DNA of 64,000 nucleotides, from assembly GCF_002733955.1 (NCBI RefSeq), contig NZ_NVXQ01000010.1:4163-68162 (forward strand). The letters run 5' to 3'. The notes below the pieces were generated by a model, which was not told the DNA's origin, ran no database searches, and was given only the letters and a program-made list of their open reading frames with translations. The position numbers and the translations under genes were made by a program. The DNA is from Hoeflea sp. GTDB taxonomy: Bacteria; Pseudomonadota; Alphaproteobacteria; Rhizobiales; Rhizobiaceae. Positions 1 to 8,568 of the stretch are shown here, piece after piece; the first letter of the stretch is position 1, and each line of letters starts with the position of its first letter.

Positions 1-284
1 TCCTTGGCCAAATCGTCAATGTCGCCCTCGGAGTCGGTTTGGGGCTCATCTAGACGGTCAAGCCGGTAACCGATACCGCTGACGGCGCGTTCGACCTTCG
101 GGAGGCAGGATACGGGGTCGCTTACGTGCAACGTCATGATCTGCGTAGCAGTCGAAACCTTTACCTCGTCCACTCCGACCGAGCGCACTGCCTTCTCGAT
201 CTTGGCCGCGCAGGAGGGGCAATCCATGCCGGTGACGCGGTAGCGCGCGGTCTCCGCATCGTTCGCTGATGCTGTTATTGTCAT
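1..284 (-). CDS. Heavy-metal translocating P-type ATPase, N-terminal part only (gene runs off the left edge)
   Basis: Reverse translation from the ATG at 284-282 gives MTITASANDAETARYRVTGMDCPSCAAKIEKAVRSVGVDEVKV..., an HMA metal-binding domain (GMDCPSC). The frame stays open to position 1, so it is absent from the ORF track. Confidence 0.8.
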   Translation of the reverse strand, partial: MTITASANDAETARYRVTGMDCPSCAAKIEKAVRSVGVDEVKVSTATQIMTLHVSDPVSCLPKVERAVSGIGYRLDRLDEPQTDSEGDIDDLAK

Positions 285-322
285 GGCTATCTTTCCTACT
301 CAAGAGGGGATATATATCATCC

Positions 323-685
323 ATGGCTGATATGTCTAGTAATGTCGAAGAGCTGGAGCGGATCGAAGATACAACCTTTGCTCTGCGTACGAAGCTGTTC
401 CGGGGATTGGCCGATGCCTCGCGCTTGTCAATTCTTGATGCCTTGCGCACGCGACCGTTGTCCGTCGGCGAGATCGTCGCGATCACGGGTTTGTCGCAGT
501 CAAATGCCTCGAACCATCTGCGATGTCTCAGCGAATGCGGCCTCGTCTACGGCGAACAACGCGGCCGTTTTGTCCATTATCGCCTGAGCGATCAACGTCT
601 GAATGATCTGTTTTTGCTTAGCGACGCGCTGCTGGCGCAGACCGCGTGCGCCGTAGATACCTGCGGGAACTATGGCACAAGCTGA
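323..685 (+). CDS. ArsR/SmtB-family (CadC-like) metalloregulator, divergent from the P-type ATPase
   Basis: The internal ATG at 323 gives MADMSSNVEELERIEDTTFALRTKLFRGLADASRLSILDALRTRPLSVGEIVAITGLSQSNASNHLRCL. This is the typical ArsR winged-helix (LSQSNxSxHL). Cys residues in the C-terminal tail (CAVDTC) are candidate metal ligands. Confidence 0.8.
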   Translation: MADMSSNVEELERIEDTTFALRTKLFRGLADASRLSILDALRTRPLSVGEIVAITGLSQSNASNHLRCLSECGLVYGEQRGRFVHYRLSDQRLNDLFLLSDALLAQTACAVDTCGNYGTS

Positions 686-975
686 TCGAAGCGGGCTATT
701 GCTGGCGCAGGGCTCCATTTCGCGGTCCTGCCGATTGCAGGTCACGCATGAGCCTACCATCCTCGGCAGGACACCGTCACAAATCACCATTCCCGGCCAT
801 AGGAGGCCAGGGCCAGGCCGCGGACCTGATCCATTTCAAAGGGACGGACGGGTCGTCACATTGCCCCCGCATCAAGCAACTGCGGCGAAGACGAGGGGAA
901 GCTCAAAGCCCTTCCCACCACTTTAAGTTTGCAGAATAAACATATATTCTGCTTGACCGTAGCCGAGGTGCAGCC

Positions 976-1179
976 ATGAAAGAATTTGCCGCCGCCGACC
1001 TGACCCGCAAGACCGGCGATCTGTTTGACGCCGCGACTATCTCGCCGGTCGCGGTCACCAAGCACCACAAGCCGCGCTACGTCATCATGTCGATGGAACG
1101 CTATGAGAGCCTGACCCACGGGCAGGAGACCAAGCGAGCATTTCGTCTCGACTACCACGAGGCCGATAAGCTGAGCTAA
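976..1179 (+). CDS. Phd/YefM-type antitoxin-like small protein (no cognate toxin found)
   Basis: 67 aa. MKEFAAADLTRKTGDLFDAATISPVAVTKHHKPRYVIMSMERYESL resembles the Phd/YefM N-terminal fold signature. Confidence 0.55.
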   Translation: MKEFAAADLTRKTGDLFDAATISPVAVTKHHKPRYVIMSMERYESLTHGQETKRAFRLDYHEADKLS

Positions 1180-1373
1180 CCGATTTTTCCGCCACGCCCG
1201 GACACTGTTGCCGATGACGCTGCATGCCGATGAAAGGGGCGATCTGCCCTGATCGGGCAGAGCATCCGATTCACCCGAAATCCGTCGACCGGATCGTTCA
1301 ACCACCCCGTTTTCGCATGTCACTTCATCCGAAAATGCAAGTTCGATTGGAGAATTGTGCCAATCTTATGCGC

Positions 1374-2438
1374 TCAGAAGCCTGCACCTGGCGCAATTGC
1401 TCCGAGGTCCTTGAGTGAGGCCGTAAGGTTGGACTTACCACCCTTGTAGCCGAATACGTAGTTTGCGGTGCCAGAAATCGAAAACAGCGGCTCATAGCTT
1501 TCCTTCGCCGTGTCAGCTTCAACAGCATCGGTCACGTTGTCGAGAATCAGGCTACGATTCTCAAATGCAACAGACAGAACGGCGTGAAACAGATTACGGC
1601 TGGTATCCTTGAGCACGACTATTTCCATGGCGCTCATAGGAACATCGAGGCGGGCCAGCAAAGCCATTTTCAGGATGGCGTAGTCTTCGCAATCGCCACT
1701 GCTGCGATCCAGAATTTCACCGGGCGTCGACCAATAGTCCACCCGGTCATGGTTCTGGTCGTCTGCCTTGTAGGCGACAATTCTGTTGACTGATGCTGAG
1801 ACGTGGCGAAGTTGCTCGCTGACAGTTGATCCGCTCAACGCAAGTTGATCGGCAAGGTCTGCGCACTTTTCGGTGCAAATGTCGTCGGGTGTACCGGAAG
1901 CGACAGCCTTCTTGATCAGGCCGGATATGCGGGCACCACTCTTGATCTTGCCGAAGCGGATCCTGTAGGCGCCGAACAAAGGTGCTTCCTGACGAATGGT
2001 CTGGCTGATCGACACCCCAGCGGGGGCCGCCATCGCAGGAATCGAGGCCGTGATGATCTGGGCCTGGTCGATCGTCTTTTCATTGGGAGCCGGATTCTCC
2101 ACCAGGCCCTTATCGGCAAGTTTTGTGAGCGCCGATGGTAGTGCGAGGTCGTTGGTGGAAGCAAGGTCAAAGTCAGGATCGACATCAAGATCAAGGGGAG
2201 CGAGGCCAGCTTGGGTCAGGGCAAGGGTCGTGGTGAGGTATTCCGTGGTCAGCCAAGCTGAACCCCGGGCGACATTCCGGTTCTGCAAGAGGGGAGCGGC
2301 GGCACTGGAGCTTACAAGAACTTCAGGATTTGTTTCGAGTGTTTCGTAAGCACAAGCCTGCGCGAATGAAGCGCAGAGCAACACGAGTGCGAATGCAGAT
2401 ACTTTGGAATATGATTTCGCTTTATATTTATCTTGCAT
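1374..2438 (-). CDS. Transglutaminase-like cysteine peptidase (BTLCP/LapG family) with a ~190-aa N-terminal extension and a signal peptide
   Basis: The C-terminal domain carries DYWSTPGEILDRSSGDCEDYAILK ... FHAVLSV ... ILDNV, a Cys-His-Asp triad pattern of the BTLCP family. The N-terminus is hydrophobic and signal-like. Confidence 0.7.
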   Translation of the reverse strand: MQDKYKAKSYSKVSAFALVLLCASFAQACAYETLETNPEVLVSSSAAAPLLQNRNVARGSAWLTTEYLTTTLALTQAGLAPLDLDVDPDFDLASTNDLALPSALTKLADKGLVENPAPNEKTIDQAQIITASIPAMAAPAGVSISQTIRQEAPLFGAYRIRFGKIKSGARISGLIKKAVASGTPDDICTEKCADLADQLALSGSTVSEQLRHVSASVNRIVAYKADDQNHDRVDYWSTPGEILDRSSGDCEDYAILKMALLARLDVPMSAMEIVVLKDTSRNLFHAVLSVAFENRSLILDNVTDAVEADTAKESYEPLFSISGTANYVFGYKGGKSNLTASLKDLGAIAPGAGF

Positions 2439-2917
2439 CTGATTATTCTCCCCTTCGTTGAGGAGAAGACTACAATGCAGAGTATAATATCCCGCAAATG
2501 GGCATGTTTAACGATTTTATACTTATTTCTCTAAAAATTTATCCAATTTCATTGCGAGACTCCATCGTTCGTGGTTGGGCATTTCCGCTTCTGCGGAGCA
2601 TCTTGATTGATCGCTGGATCGCCGCGCGGTTGCGGCTGATTTTAATCTCTCAATCTGCGACTTTTCATGCTGTCATGTCGTCAGGATCAGCTTGCAGGTA
2701 TCGCATCCTGCGTTCGCATGCTTTGTCCCGAAGATATTTCCTCAATCTCGTCGAAGATAGGTTCATGAAGGCACGGCTGAGCGGTAAACGCGCAGTCCTC
2801 GGGTAGAGTAACATGCGCAGAGATCAAAATGCTCCCTTCCGTCTCAAGTCAGCTGCATCAGCGCCATGCCGGAATTGTTGCCGTTGTTTCGTATCGCGGT
2901 CTCCGCCGCTGGATCCG

Positions 2918-3904
2918 TCATGCAGCCGTTTTGGAACCGAGCTTTGGCGCCAGACGGACATACGCCAACTCGCTTATAAGTTCGATCAATGTCTGCGTGA
3001 CAATGATCGCAGGAAGGAGTGGGACCGCGCCGGGAACAGCGAATGCCAGCGGAAGGACGACGAGAGAATTACGCGTTGCGGCACTGAACGCGAGGGCCCG
3101 CCCGGCTGGCGCATCAAGGCAAAACAGCCTGCTCATGCCCCATCCCGCCAAGGGTGCAATAACCGCATATGCCACGTAAATCGGGACGACCCGTAACGTG
3201 TCATCAAGTGCGGGGCCGAGTTGCGGCACCACAGCGGCCACGACAACGAATAACACAAGCGCTGTTGCGGGAACTGGGAGCAGCCCAAGAACCGAGGCTA
3301 CACGTGCCCCCGCGGCACTTTTGATGGCCCAAAACTGGACGAGAGCGGAGAAGACAAGCGGGACCGCAATCAACCAGGCGAATGCGTGAACAAATGGCCC
3401 CGCTGTCACAAGAGACCCAGCCTCAGGGCCAAGGAAAAAACCCAGATAGACGGGAAGCATCATCATCTGGATGACCAGAAGCGCGGGCGTCGCAGCCAGC
3501 AGGAGACGGGCATCGGCACGACCGAGATGCGAGAAGGTTACGACATAGTCGATGCATGGCGCGAGAAGCACCAACAGCACGCCTAGCCTTATCATCGGAT
3601 CGGGCGGCAGAAACTGAACAAGGGCTCCCACCAGAACAGGAACCACAATAAAGTTGGTCAGCAGCAGGACGCCAAGAAAGCGAAAGCGCGAGAAGGCCAC
3701 TCGCAACTCGGCTAGGGGGACCTGGAGGAACGTCACGAATAACATGAATGCCAGCGCGGGGTTGATGCCGATTTCCAGCGCCGTCATTCCGTTGAGAGTT
3801 ACCGCCACAATCATGCCGAGGACGACAGCGCCAAAATAGATGGGGACCTGACGGTTTTCGAGGGTCTCACGCAGGACGGTCAATTGAACTCTTTCGTTTG
3901 TCAT
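2918..3904 (-). CDS. ACR3/bile-acid:Na+ symporter-superfamily permease (annotated in relatives as arsenic-resistance protein)
   Basis: 328 aa, about 10 predicted TM helices, with sequence style typical of the ACR3-related family. The family call is by recollection only. Confidence 0.55.
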   Translation of the reverse strand: MTNERVQLTVLRETLENRQVPIYFGAVVLGMIVAVTLNGMTALEIGINPALAFMLFVTFLQVPLAELRVAFSRFRFLGVLLLTNFIVVPVLVGALVQFLPPDPMIRLGVLLVLLAPCIDYVVTFSHLGRADARLLLAATPALLVIQMMMLPVYLGFFLGPEAGSLVTAGPFVHAFAWLIAVPLVFSALVQFWAIKSAAGARVASVLGLLPVPATALVLFVVVAAVVPQLGPALDDTLRVVPIYVAYAVIAPLAGWGMSRLFCLDAPAGRALAFSAATRNSLVVLPLAFAVPGAVPLLPAIIVTQTLIELISELAYVRLAPKLGSKTAA

Positions 3905-4333
3905 TTTGGCTTCGGGGAAGGTCTATATGGAATTATGGGAATCGCTATCCCGGTGGCGCCCATCTTTTTGTCAGACCCAGCAACGGGATGTGAGTGACGC
4001 AATCTATGCCATGCGCGCCTTGAAGTCAGCGCATCCAGCGTACAGGTGATTGGGGGCTTAGGTCTCCTCAGGGGTGGGGCATGCAACGCAGCCGCATTGT
4101 TTGGTTGCAGATGTCGCGAAAGTGCTTCCACCCACAACAGTTTAGCGACGAGTGAGGAAGTATCCGATTTCCCAACGGCAGGCTGAACATCAGAGCTTGT
4201 GGGGCCCAACAGGATCGAAAGGCAACCTGTCGCCGCAAGCCGGGTCAACGTCGGAACTCTTCAAGAGCACCGCATGAAGTTCGTCGTGAAGGCGGCTTGT
4301 TTTGCGACCACAACACCAAGCCAACAGAGCCGG

Positions 4334-4942
4334 TCAGCTAGCCGCTTTCAACAACCTCTGGATCTTCAGCAGAGCCACATGCCGATCCTCGTGATAATCG
4401 ATAATCCCGCCAAATCGCCCGTCGGCCCGAAACAGGAACACGCCGGCGGTGTGGTCCATGGTATAGTCATCCTCCCTCGGCACTTTCTCGAATGTTGCGC
4501 GGAATTCTTCCGCGGCGCGCTTGATCTCGGCAAGTGACCCCGTCAGACCGGTGATTCTTGGATCGAAGTTCGACAGGTAGTCGGCAAGAACCTGTGGAGT
4601 GTCGCGCTCCGGGTCGACACTGACCAGAAAGATATTCATCAGGTCGGCGTCAGGGCCGAGATCTTGCAGCCAGAGCGAAATATCGCTCAGCGTCGTCGGA
4701 CAAACATCGGGGCACCAGGTAAAGCCGAAAAAGACCATTGTCGGGCGGCCAATCCACTCTGATGGCGTCACCGTCACGCCATGATGGTTCGTCAGGGTGA
4801 AGGACATCTTGCCGATGGGCAATGGCAACAGAGCGGAGCCGGGTTGCAGGCTGTCCCGGCTCTGCCACCACCCCAGACCGAGCGTGAAGGCCAGTGCGCC
4901 AACGCCCGACGCCCCGGCAACAAGTAGCGTACGGCGTCTCAA
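4334..4942 (-). CDS. SCO1/SenC-family copper chaperone
   Basis: FGFTWCPDVCPTTL (CxxxC) plus a downstream His (DHTAGVFL). N-terminal TM anchor. Confidence 0.85.
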   Translation of the reverse strand: MRRRTLLVAGASGVGALAFTLGLGWWQSRDSLQPGSALLPLPIGKMSFTLTNHHGVTVTPSEWIGRPTMVFFGFTWCPDVCPTTLSDISLWLQDLGPDADLMNIFLVSVDPERDTPQVLADYLSNFDPRITGLTGSLAEIKRAAEEFRATFEKVPREDDYTMDHTAGVFLFRADGRFGGIIDYHEDRHVALLKIQRLLKAAS

Positions 4943-5421
4943 TCTTTTTTGTCCACGCAGCCTGCATCTTTCGCACCCATTCCCCGGATCGCCACGGGAA
5001 CGGTCACGTCGCCTGCCTCGCGGAACGTCAGTGTAACCGGGAACGTCTCGCCTTCCTTCAGTACCTGTGTAAGACCCATCAGCATGCCGTGATAGCCGCC
5101 TGGCTCCAATTGCACGGTGGAATCTGCTGGCACGGGGATCGCCGGCGCGTGCGGCATCGAAGCCACGCCATCCTTCACCACCGTTTCGTGCAGCATGGGC
5201 TTTCCGGACACCGGCGTCGCGATGCCGGCAAGCGCATCGTCCGTCGCGCCGGTGTTGCGGATGGTGACATAGAAGGCGCCGGGCCGGGCCATTCCGATCG
5301 AAGCCCGCGACCAGGCTTCCGAGATTTCGAGCGAGCCAAGTTGAACGGTTTCACACGCCAGCAACGGGGTGGCGGATAGGCTGAGAAGGAGAGCGGTCAG
5401 AAGATATTTCATCGTATTCAC
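4939..5421 (-). CDS. PCu(A)C copper chaperone (DUF461)
   Basis: Signal peptide. Contains KPMLHETVVKDGVASMPH ... GGYHGMLMGL, the H(M)X10MX21HXM-type Cu(I) motif. Overlaps both SCO genes by 4 nt (ATGA). Confidence 0.8.
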   Translation of the reverse strand: MNTMKYLLTALLLSLSATPLLACETVQLGSLEISEAWSRASIGMARPGAFYVTIRNTGATDDALAGIATPVSGKPMLHETVVKDGVASMPHAPAIPVPADSTVQLEPGGYHGMLMGLTQVLKEGETFPVTLTFREAGDVTVPVAIRGMGAKDAGCVDKKD

Positions 5422-6011
5422 AATCTTTGCTTGAGGTCGTTCATGATTTCACTTGCTGGCGTGCCATAGCTGAATTGGCGCAGCCAGTTTCCGTCAGGTC
5501 CGATCAGGTAGAGTGATGCGCTGTGTGCCATTGTGTAACCATCCGGCGCGCCGGAACTGTCCTCGCGCTCATAGAAAATCCGGAAACTGCCGGCTGCCGC
5601 GCGGGTCTGCGCCTCGTCGCCGGCCAGACCGAGGATTGAGGGGTGAAAGGCCGCGGTATATTCAGCAAGTTCCAGGCCGCGGTCACGTGTCGGGTCGATG
5701 GAGATGAAGAGGGGCTGTACCTTTCCTGCGTCATCTCCCAGACCCTCCATCACTTGCGCCACTTCGGCAAGCGTCGTCGGGCAGACGTCCGGGCAATTGG
5801 TGAAGCCGAAAAAGACCAGAAGATGCTTCCCCGCAAAGTCCGAGGGCATGCGCACTCTTCCCTCAGCATCAAGCAGGGAAAAGGTCGGCCGGAAAGACAC
5901 TTCGGCCACCGGTGTTTCCGCGCGCTCATCAAGAAGATGCAACGCGCCGTAAGCCGGAATAGCAAGGGCCACCGCCGCCCAGAGCATCTTCTGCAGAACC
6001 TTCAATCGCAT
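5418..6011 (-). CDS. SCO1/SenC-family copper chaperone (second paralogue)
   Basis: FGFTNCPDVCPTTL and AHSASLYLIGPDG. TM anchor. Confidence 0.85.
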   Translation of the reverse strand: MRLKVLQKMLWAAVALAIPAYGALHLLDERAETPVAEVSFRPTFSLLDAEGRVRMPSDFAGKHLLVFFGFTNCPDVCPTTLAEVAQVMEGLGDDAGKVQPLFISIDPTRDRGLELAEYTAAFHPSILGLAGDEAQTRAAAGSFRIFYEREDSSGAPDGYTMAHSASLYLIGPDGNWLRQFSYGTPASEIMNDLKQRL

Positions 6012-6155
6012 CCTTGCCGTTCCTCGCGTTCCGGCTAGTCGTATAAAGCCTCTAGTGACATGAGCTTCAAGCGGAATATCTGAACATGCTCGGTCGGGAG
6101 GCGCTCCGCTGGTTAATCACTTCTGGGAGGGTCGCAGCGGGCCGGACGCAAATAA

Positions 6156-6917
6156 TCATGAAAAGCGGCGACGCAATGCAACATTGAACGCCTCGATAGC
6201 AAGAACCATGGCGATGACCGCCAGCGTGACACTGGCAGCCTTTTCGTATTGAAATGAGCGAACATAGGTCTGAATGTAGAAGCCGATGCCACCGGCTCCG
6301 ACGATGCCGAGGATAAGCGATTCTCGTAGGTTCAGCTCGAAACGAAAGATTGTATCACGGGCGATCACCGGAGCCATTTGCGGCCAGATTGCATAGCGTA
6401 GGCGTGCAAGCGGCCCGGCGCCCGCACTTTCCAGTGCGGCGATCGGTCCGCGGGCAACCCCATCAATTGCTTCAGCATAGAACTTCGCCAGCATGCCCGT
6501 TGCATGGATGGCAACCGCGATGATGCCCGGAAGCGGGCCGAGGCCCACTGCGCCAACCATCAACATGGCGACGAGAATCAGCGGAATGGCGCGAATCAGC
6601 GCGAGAGCTGTCCGCACCGGACGGTGAACGACGGGCGGGGCCATGGTTTCCGATGCCAAGACGCCGAGCGGCCCCGACAGGAGCACAGCACCGAGTGTTC
6701 CAAGGATGGCGATGCGCAGCGTCTCGGCGCTGCCGTTGATGATCTCGGTCATCACTGACGGATCCGGTGGAAACATCCGCGCAAGGAAATCACCGATGCG
6801 CGGCCCGGCGGAGAAGAGGCGGGAAAGTTCGACGTCGGTCGTCGCGAGCGACCAGAGCACGGCCCCGGCGACGAGCCCGCCCGTCGCGAAGCCGCCCCAA
6901 CCCCGGCTTTCCATCAC
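6156..6917 (-). CDS. phnE: Phosphonate/phosphite-type ABC transporter permease
   Basis: PhnE-like permease with the EAA-loop region (EAIDGVARGPIAALESAGAG). Overlaps phnC by 4 nt. Confidence 0.75.
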   Translation of the reverse strand: MMESRGWGGFATGGLVAGAVLWSLATTDVELSRLFSAGPRIGDFLARMFPPDPSVMTEIINGSAETLRIAILGTLGAVLLSGPLGVLASETMAPPVVHRPVRTALALIRAIPLILVAMLMVGAVGLGPLPGIIAVAIHATGMLAKFYAEAIDGVARGPIAALESAGAGPLARLRYAIWPQMAPVIARDTIFRFELNLRESLILGIVGAGGIGFYIQTYVRSFQYEKAASVTLAVIAMVLAIEAFNVALRRRFS

Positions 6918-7696
6918 GGCACCGCCTTCAGGCGGGGCTGTACGGCAGCATTCGCATCATCATAGAGCCGGGCTGTCGCGCCCTCGGTGAGCTCTGCCGT
7001 CGGAGTGTCGAAAACGATCCGACCGTTGCGCATGCCCACGATTCTCCGCGCGAAGCGCCGCGCAAGGTCGGGCTGGTGAGAGGAGAAGACTGTGGTCGCG
7101 CCTCGTCGACGCGCGGCTTCGGTTAGAAGCGAAAGGATCTCGGCTGCGCGTGCGGGGTCGAGGTTGCTCACCGGTTCGTCGGCAAGGATCAGGCGCGGCT
7201 CCTGCGAGAGGCAGCGTGCGATTGCGACTCGCTGCCGTTGTCCGCCGCTCAGACTGTCCACCCGTCGCTCAGCCAGGTCGACAATGCCGCAATCGGCCAG
7301 CGCCGCGCGCGCAACCGCAAGATCGTCTTTCGACGGCCGCCCGAGCAGGGCACGCAGCGGCCTCATGCGGCCCAGCCTGCCGTTCAGCACGTTGCGCAGC
7401 ACGCTGGCGCGTTCGACAAGAGCGAAGTCCTGAAAGATGAACCCCGTATCGGCCCGGCACGCGCGCGGCGGCGCACGGTCCGCATCGAGCGCGTCGCCCA
7501 GCACCGAGACGCGGCCGCGCCAAGCCCTCAGGCGACCATCGAGCAGCGTCAGGAGCGTCGTCTTGCCCGCCCCCGAAGGCCCGATCAGCGCGAGCGCTTC
7601 ACCCGGCGGGATAGACAGCGTCACCTGATCCAGCGTCGGCAGGCCCGAGGTGACATGGGAGAAACATAGCTCCTCGATGCGGAGGGCCTCGGTCAT
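6914..7696 (-). CDS. phnC: Phosphonate-type ABC transporter ATP-binding protein
   Basis: Walker A GPSGAGKTT, signature LSGGQRQRVAIA, Walker B LILADEP. Confidence 0.85.
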   Translation of the reverse strand: MTEALRIEELCFSHVTSGLPTLDQVTLSIPPGEALALIGPSGAGKTTLLTLLDGRLRAWRGRVSVLGDALDADRAPPRACRADTGFIFQDFALVERASVLRNVLNGRLGRMRPLRALLGRPSKDDLAVARAALADCGIVDLAERRVDSLSGGQRQRVAIARCLSQEPRLILADEPVSNLDPARAAEILSLLTEAARRRGATTVFSSHQPDLARRFARRIVGMRNGRIVFDTPTAELTEGATARLYDDANAAVQPRLKAVP

Positions 7697-8568
7697 TGCA
7701 GAAGCCCGTAGCGGCGGGCGAGTGCCCGAACACCGTCGAAAGCGGCCGCATCGGCCGGGACATAGCCGTCCGGGCCGTAGAGATGCCGCAACATGGCGCG
7801 ATGTTCGAGCTCGTTCAGCCGCAGCATAGCGTTCACGAAATTTTCCTGCACCTCGGCGTCCAGTCCCGGGCGGGCAATCACCAAGTGGCTAGGGATCGGC
7901 TCGCTCTCGGCGATCCAAGTGACTTGGGACTGTTGGCCTGGCGCGAGCAGGAGATCGGCATACTGGCTGGCGCCCGCGGCATCGACCAGTCCCTCTGCCA
8001 TTGCCTGCATCGCCTGCTGATATCCGCCCGCGAAGAACACTCTGCCGAAGAACGCTTCCGACTCTGCGGGTCCCGCGATCAGTCCCGCGCGCTCGAATTC
8101 AACCAGCGGGTAGAGATAGCCTGACTCCGAAATTGGATCGGCAAAGGCGATATCGCGTCCGCGCAAATCGGCCAGCGTGGTGATGCCGCTGTCGCGTCGC
8201 ACGAAGACCCGTCCGGTGTAGGTGGGGGCGTCGCGATAGATCTCGGATAAGAGCGGCACCGCACCGATTTGCGCCTCGGCCAGAACAAAGGGCAGCGCTC
8301 CCATGAAGGAGATGTCCGCATCGCCGTTGCGCAGCGCCTCGACGGCGGCGGCGTGATCGATGGTCACGAAACCTTCGACCGGCACGCCGATCTCTCGTGA
8401 CAGCCAACCGGTGATGGCCTTGATGTCGCCCAGTAGCTTTTCAGGGTTCTCCTGCGGAATAAAGGCCAACCGCAACGGGGCAGACTGCGCGCGAACCGGT
8501 GCCGCGAGGGCCGCGAGACTTGCACAGCACAGCGCCAGCATATGACGGCGGGAGAGCATGGAGTTCAT
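7693..8568 (-). CDS. phnD: PhnD-type periplasmic substrate-binding protein
   Basis: The internal ATG at 8568 gives MNSMLSRRHMLALCCASLAALAAPVRAQS (Tat/Sec-like signal), then LRLAFIPQENPEKL, typical of the PhnD family. The start overlaps the upstream stop (ATGA). Confidence 0.75.
   Translation of the reverse strand: MNSMLSRRHMLALCCASLAALAAPVRAQSAPLRLAFIPQENPEKLLGDIKAITGWLSREIGVPVEGFVTIDHAAAVEALRNGDADISFMGALPFVLAEAQIGAVPLLSEIYRDAPTYTGRVFVRRDSGITTLADLRGRDIAFADPISESGYLYPLVEFERAGLIAGPAESEAFFGRVFFAGGYQQAMQAMAEGLVDAAGASQYADLLLAPGQQSQVTWIAESEPIPSHLVIARPGLDAEVQENFVNAMLRLNELEHRAMLRHLYGPDGYVPADAAAFDGVRALARRYGLLQ

Noticed and set aside
309-318. GATATATATC palindrome as the ArsR/CadC operator
   Set aside because: At 10 bp of alternating AT it could equally be a -10 element. 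ArsR/SmtB operators are usually longer 12-2-12 dyads, so it is not called as a feature.
856-1323. 155-aa minus-strand ORF overlapping the Phd-like gene
   Set aside because: It is antisense to a plausible small gene and has no motifs. It is likely spurious.
1224-1418. 64-aa ORF as the toxin partner of the Phd-like antitoxin
   Set aside because: It shows no toxin-family resemblance, overlaps the 3' end of the convergent BTLCP gene, and has no RBS.
3901-4537. ORFs of 115 aa (minus) and 112 aa (plus) in or near the 430-bp gap between the ACR3-like and SCO genes
   Set aside because: They have no family resemblance. The plus-strand ORF overlaps the SCO gene antisense. The region is treated as intergenic.
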